NCBI GenBank assembly: GCA_010093815.1 | Contig: ML996574.1 | Origin: Pseudovirgaria hyperparasitica | Lineage: Eukaryota | Reading direction: 5' to 3' (one strand) | Length of the DNA stretch: 64,000 nt | Part shown: positions 61,101 through 64,000 of the stretch, piece by piece | Numbering within the stretch: the first letter of the stretch is position 1 | How the letters are laid out: the number at the start of each line of letters is the position of its first letter | Position numbers and translations under genes: made by a program | Notes under the pieces: generated by a model | What the model was told of the DNA's origin: nothing | Databases searched by the model: none | What the model saw: only the letters and a program-made list of their open reading frames with translations

Positions 61101-64000
61101 GTAAAATAAAGAAGACTCGCCGGACGAAGATTAGGGCGGATAAGCTTAAGAGTAAGCTAAAGAAAGCCAGTCGGACGAGGAACCTTATAAGAAGTTAGCT
61201 AGAGTTTTCTTCGTAAGAACTAAGGAAGTTAAGACTCTACCGGCACTATTACTCGAGAAACCGTAGAAGAGTAAAAGGACTATAGCGAGGAACTATCGCG
61301 TCTATGGATAAAAGTATCCTTCTAATAATAAGCTATATTAGTATATTACGGAAAAGCATCTAAAGAAGCTAGTGGATCACGTATATATGGTGGACGAGTT
61401 TCCGTCGCCCCTACTAGTACCACAAGTTATTAAGAGTACCGTAAAAAGGATAGGAACGAAAGGCCACCGCTTTCGTTATTAGAACTATATTATAATAAAC
61501 GTAATATTAAACGGGACCATGGAGCCTAAATAAATAATCGTAGATACTAGAGTAAAGCTAAGTCTCGTAGATAGAAACTAGCTAGCTATAGTCCTACTAG
61601 ATTATAAAAAGCATGTTACGAAACTTATACACCTAATAGTAGTTATGGGTATTAGTAATAAGGTTTATAATAGCGACGAGTCCGTTAAAATAATACTTAT
61701 AGTACCTACTACCGTAGAAGGAACCGACGTTACGGTTACTATTAAATGCGAAGCACGTATTATCGAAAACCTAGTACTAAAACTACTAATGGGTATAGAT
61801 ACCATTAGTCTAGAAGAAATAGATATTAAAGTTTAAAACCGTATAATTACCTTTCCATACGGCTAAAATGCGGTAGCTCCTATAAGCGTCCGTCTAAGAT
61901 ATAAGAAGTAGTTAAATATCATAGTAAGAGCGTAGTACTTAGTATCTATCGAGCCTAATTCAAGAGGCGTGGTTCTTATAGACACACGTAACCTCCTAAA
62001 TGATCGCGATATGCTTTTTAAACCTACGAAAGAGTACCTCTCCGCTACCGGGAAGCGATAAGCCGTAATTTATACGGTAGTTATCGACTCTAGTAGTGGA
62101 GGAATCGTAATTAAGAATGACAGAAACGAGACACTCGTAATTCCGAGGAATACGGTGCTCGGTAAAATCCGCGAACTAGACATTATAGAATGCTACTAAA
62201 TCTCTAATGCTAACGTAGATCTCGCTACCCTTCCTCCCTTAGAAGCCGTAAATATTAACCCTAAGCTCGAGACTCGTCTCCTAAACGGAATAATGCTCTA
62301 TGGTAGGGAAGAGAAGGCTATAAAATATAAAGAACTCATTAAAGAGTTTATAGAGTTATAGCGAGATAAAAAATCTATTATAAACTCTAGGGAAGTAAAG
62401 CTTATCCTTATGAAGGACTGGCGCGAACTTAAGAAGTTATATACTAGAGTATATAACGTCGGCCCTCGGGACCGTAAAGCAATTAATAAAACCTTTGACG
62501 GGCTTTATAACGACGATAAAATAGGTTAGAGTAAAAAGCCTACCTAATTCGGCTCCCTAGTTTTTATTATCTAGAGAGAGGTCTATGATCCAAAGATAAA
62601 TGGGCTGATATGGAAACCACGCGTAGTGATTAACATTAGAGGCCTTAATATAATTACCGTTAAAGATTCCTACCCGTTAATAAGAATGGATGACATACTC
62701 TAGGCTAGCCGAGATTGCCACTATATCATAACAATGGACGCTATAAGTATATTCTACTAATGGTTAGTATAAGAAGAAGATCGTGAGTAATTCATGGTAA
62801 ACACCTATAGGGGTTAAGAATACCTAAAAGTTCTTACCATAGGCTACGTTAATTTAGTCCAGCACGTGTAACGGGAACTTGATAATCTCCTACGAGAGTT
62901 CCCATAGGCGAAAGCCTATATAGACGATATAGTAGTTTTCTCTAAGATATTCGAAGAGTATATTTATCATTTACGGTAACTATAGAGTATACTATTAAAC
63001 TTTAATATGTCTCTCGCCGTAACCAAGACGTTCGTCGGGTATCCAAGTACTATAATCCTTAGAAAAAGAGTTAACGCCTTCGAACTATCTTTAAAGGTAG
63101 AAAGAATTATAGCTCTAAAAGAAATATAGTTTCTAAAAGATACTATAGCGCTTAAACGATACCTAGGAATGGCGGGATATCTACGAGGATAGTTACTATA
63201 CTATACATAGTTAGTCTTACCGTTACTAAAAGCTAGTACTAAGCTCTTCCGCTATGCCCCTCGTAAAAAGACTTAGCGAAAAGTATAGGCCTCGAAAAGG
63301 CCAGTTCCATAGACTAAAGTACTTATCGAATCATTTTAAGCTATATAAGGACTATGGGATAACCCGATCTTCTATTATTACTATAAGCCGGTAAGATATA
63401 CGTTCCTAGACGTCGACGCTTTAAAAGAGTATAGCTTTAGAGTCTTTATGTACCATGTTCGCGGGGACCTAGATCTAGTAATATCGTTAGTTCCGGTTAA
63501 CGATCCTATCGATCCTAACGAGACTAATCTTAATCTACTTAACCCCCTAAGAATATCGTGGCTACGTTAGGTAGAATTATTCCTAAAGGAAGTAATATAA
63601 CTAATATTGTTTCTTAGTAAAGCTATCACGGTAACTAAACGAAACTATTGGCCCATAGAACTTGAAATGGCTGGTCTGGTTTAGTTAGTAACTAAACTTC
63701 GACACTTTATTAAATTATTAGTATAGTTTATTATATTCACGGACCATACCGTAATAACGGCTATTATATATCAGACGAAGCTCTCTAGCATAGCCGCCGA
63801 CTATAAGAATATCCGTCTTATCCGAGTAGCTTAATATCTCTTATAATATAAGCTCGATATCCGATACCGCCCTAGTAGGAACTATATTATGCTAGACGCT
63901 CTTAGTAGGCTTATAAGTACGGCGCCAGCCGTAGAAGGTAATATGCTAGATAAGATCGCATAGGCTTTTACGATCGGTAGCGATAAAGGGATAATTACTA
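58141..64000 (+). mobile_element. Ty3/Gypsy LTR retrotransposon, family D (5' part; runs off the window), RIP-degraded
   Basis: Homology to A2 stops at 58140 and TATCACGG (RIP form of TGTCACGG) begins. Probable short LTR to ~58278, then PBS-like TGGTAGCTA at 58282-58290. Gag FRIEDI(G)FFDP...CLRGTA..WY, protease IVDT(G), RT AYIDDIVVFSK (~62910-62945), RNase H DVDA(S)KE...NYWP(T)ELE. Confidence 0.9.

Larger units (their letters stand above)
32200..64000. other. RIP-mutated AT-rich repeat block
   Basis: Visible near-absence of CpA/TpG with excess TpA. Gln/Trp codons appear as TAA/TAG and Cys as TAT/TAC. Paired LTRs differ by transitions. Confidence 0.95.

Noticed and set aside
32148..64000. Starship or other giant cargo element
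   Set aside because: No tyrosine-recombinase captain or cargo genes seen; the block is accounted for by hAT, Gypsy and LINE parts.

Overview
Fungal (Pezizomycotina, probably Dothideomycete-like; inferred, not verified) chromosomal DNA in two sharply different halves. 1-~32.1 kb is gene-dense, with intron-containing genes: fructosamine kinase, DHA1-type MFS transporter, Ptc6-like PP2C, importin-beta (KAP95), OSGIN-like flavoprotein, double-BTB protein, GST, complex I NDUFB4, a secreted PAN/Apple-repeat protein, RPS5, a coiled-coil protein, an F-box-like hypothetical, DUS1, and the 3' part of a GH5 beta-1,6-glucanase. From ~32.15 kb to the end is a heavily RIP-mutated nest of transposons that interrupts the GH5 gene. 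A hAT element carries a Gypsy chromovirus (A1). A1 carries a second chromovirus (B), a Tad1-like LINE that itself carries a complete family-A copy (A2), and a third Gypsy (D). LTRs are readable, and TSDs are readable for B, the LINE and A2. Main result: after reversing RIP by eye, families A and B each contain, between pol and the 3' LTR, an ANTISENSE, multi-intron gene encoding a Zn(II)2Cys6-like protein. D may have a similar motif antisense in its 5' leader. This points to retrotransposon-encoded spliced regulator genes that the ORF track does not show. All de-RIP readings are manual reconstructions and need alignment-based confirmation.
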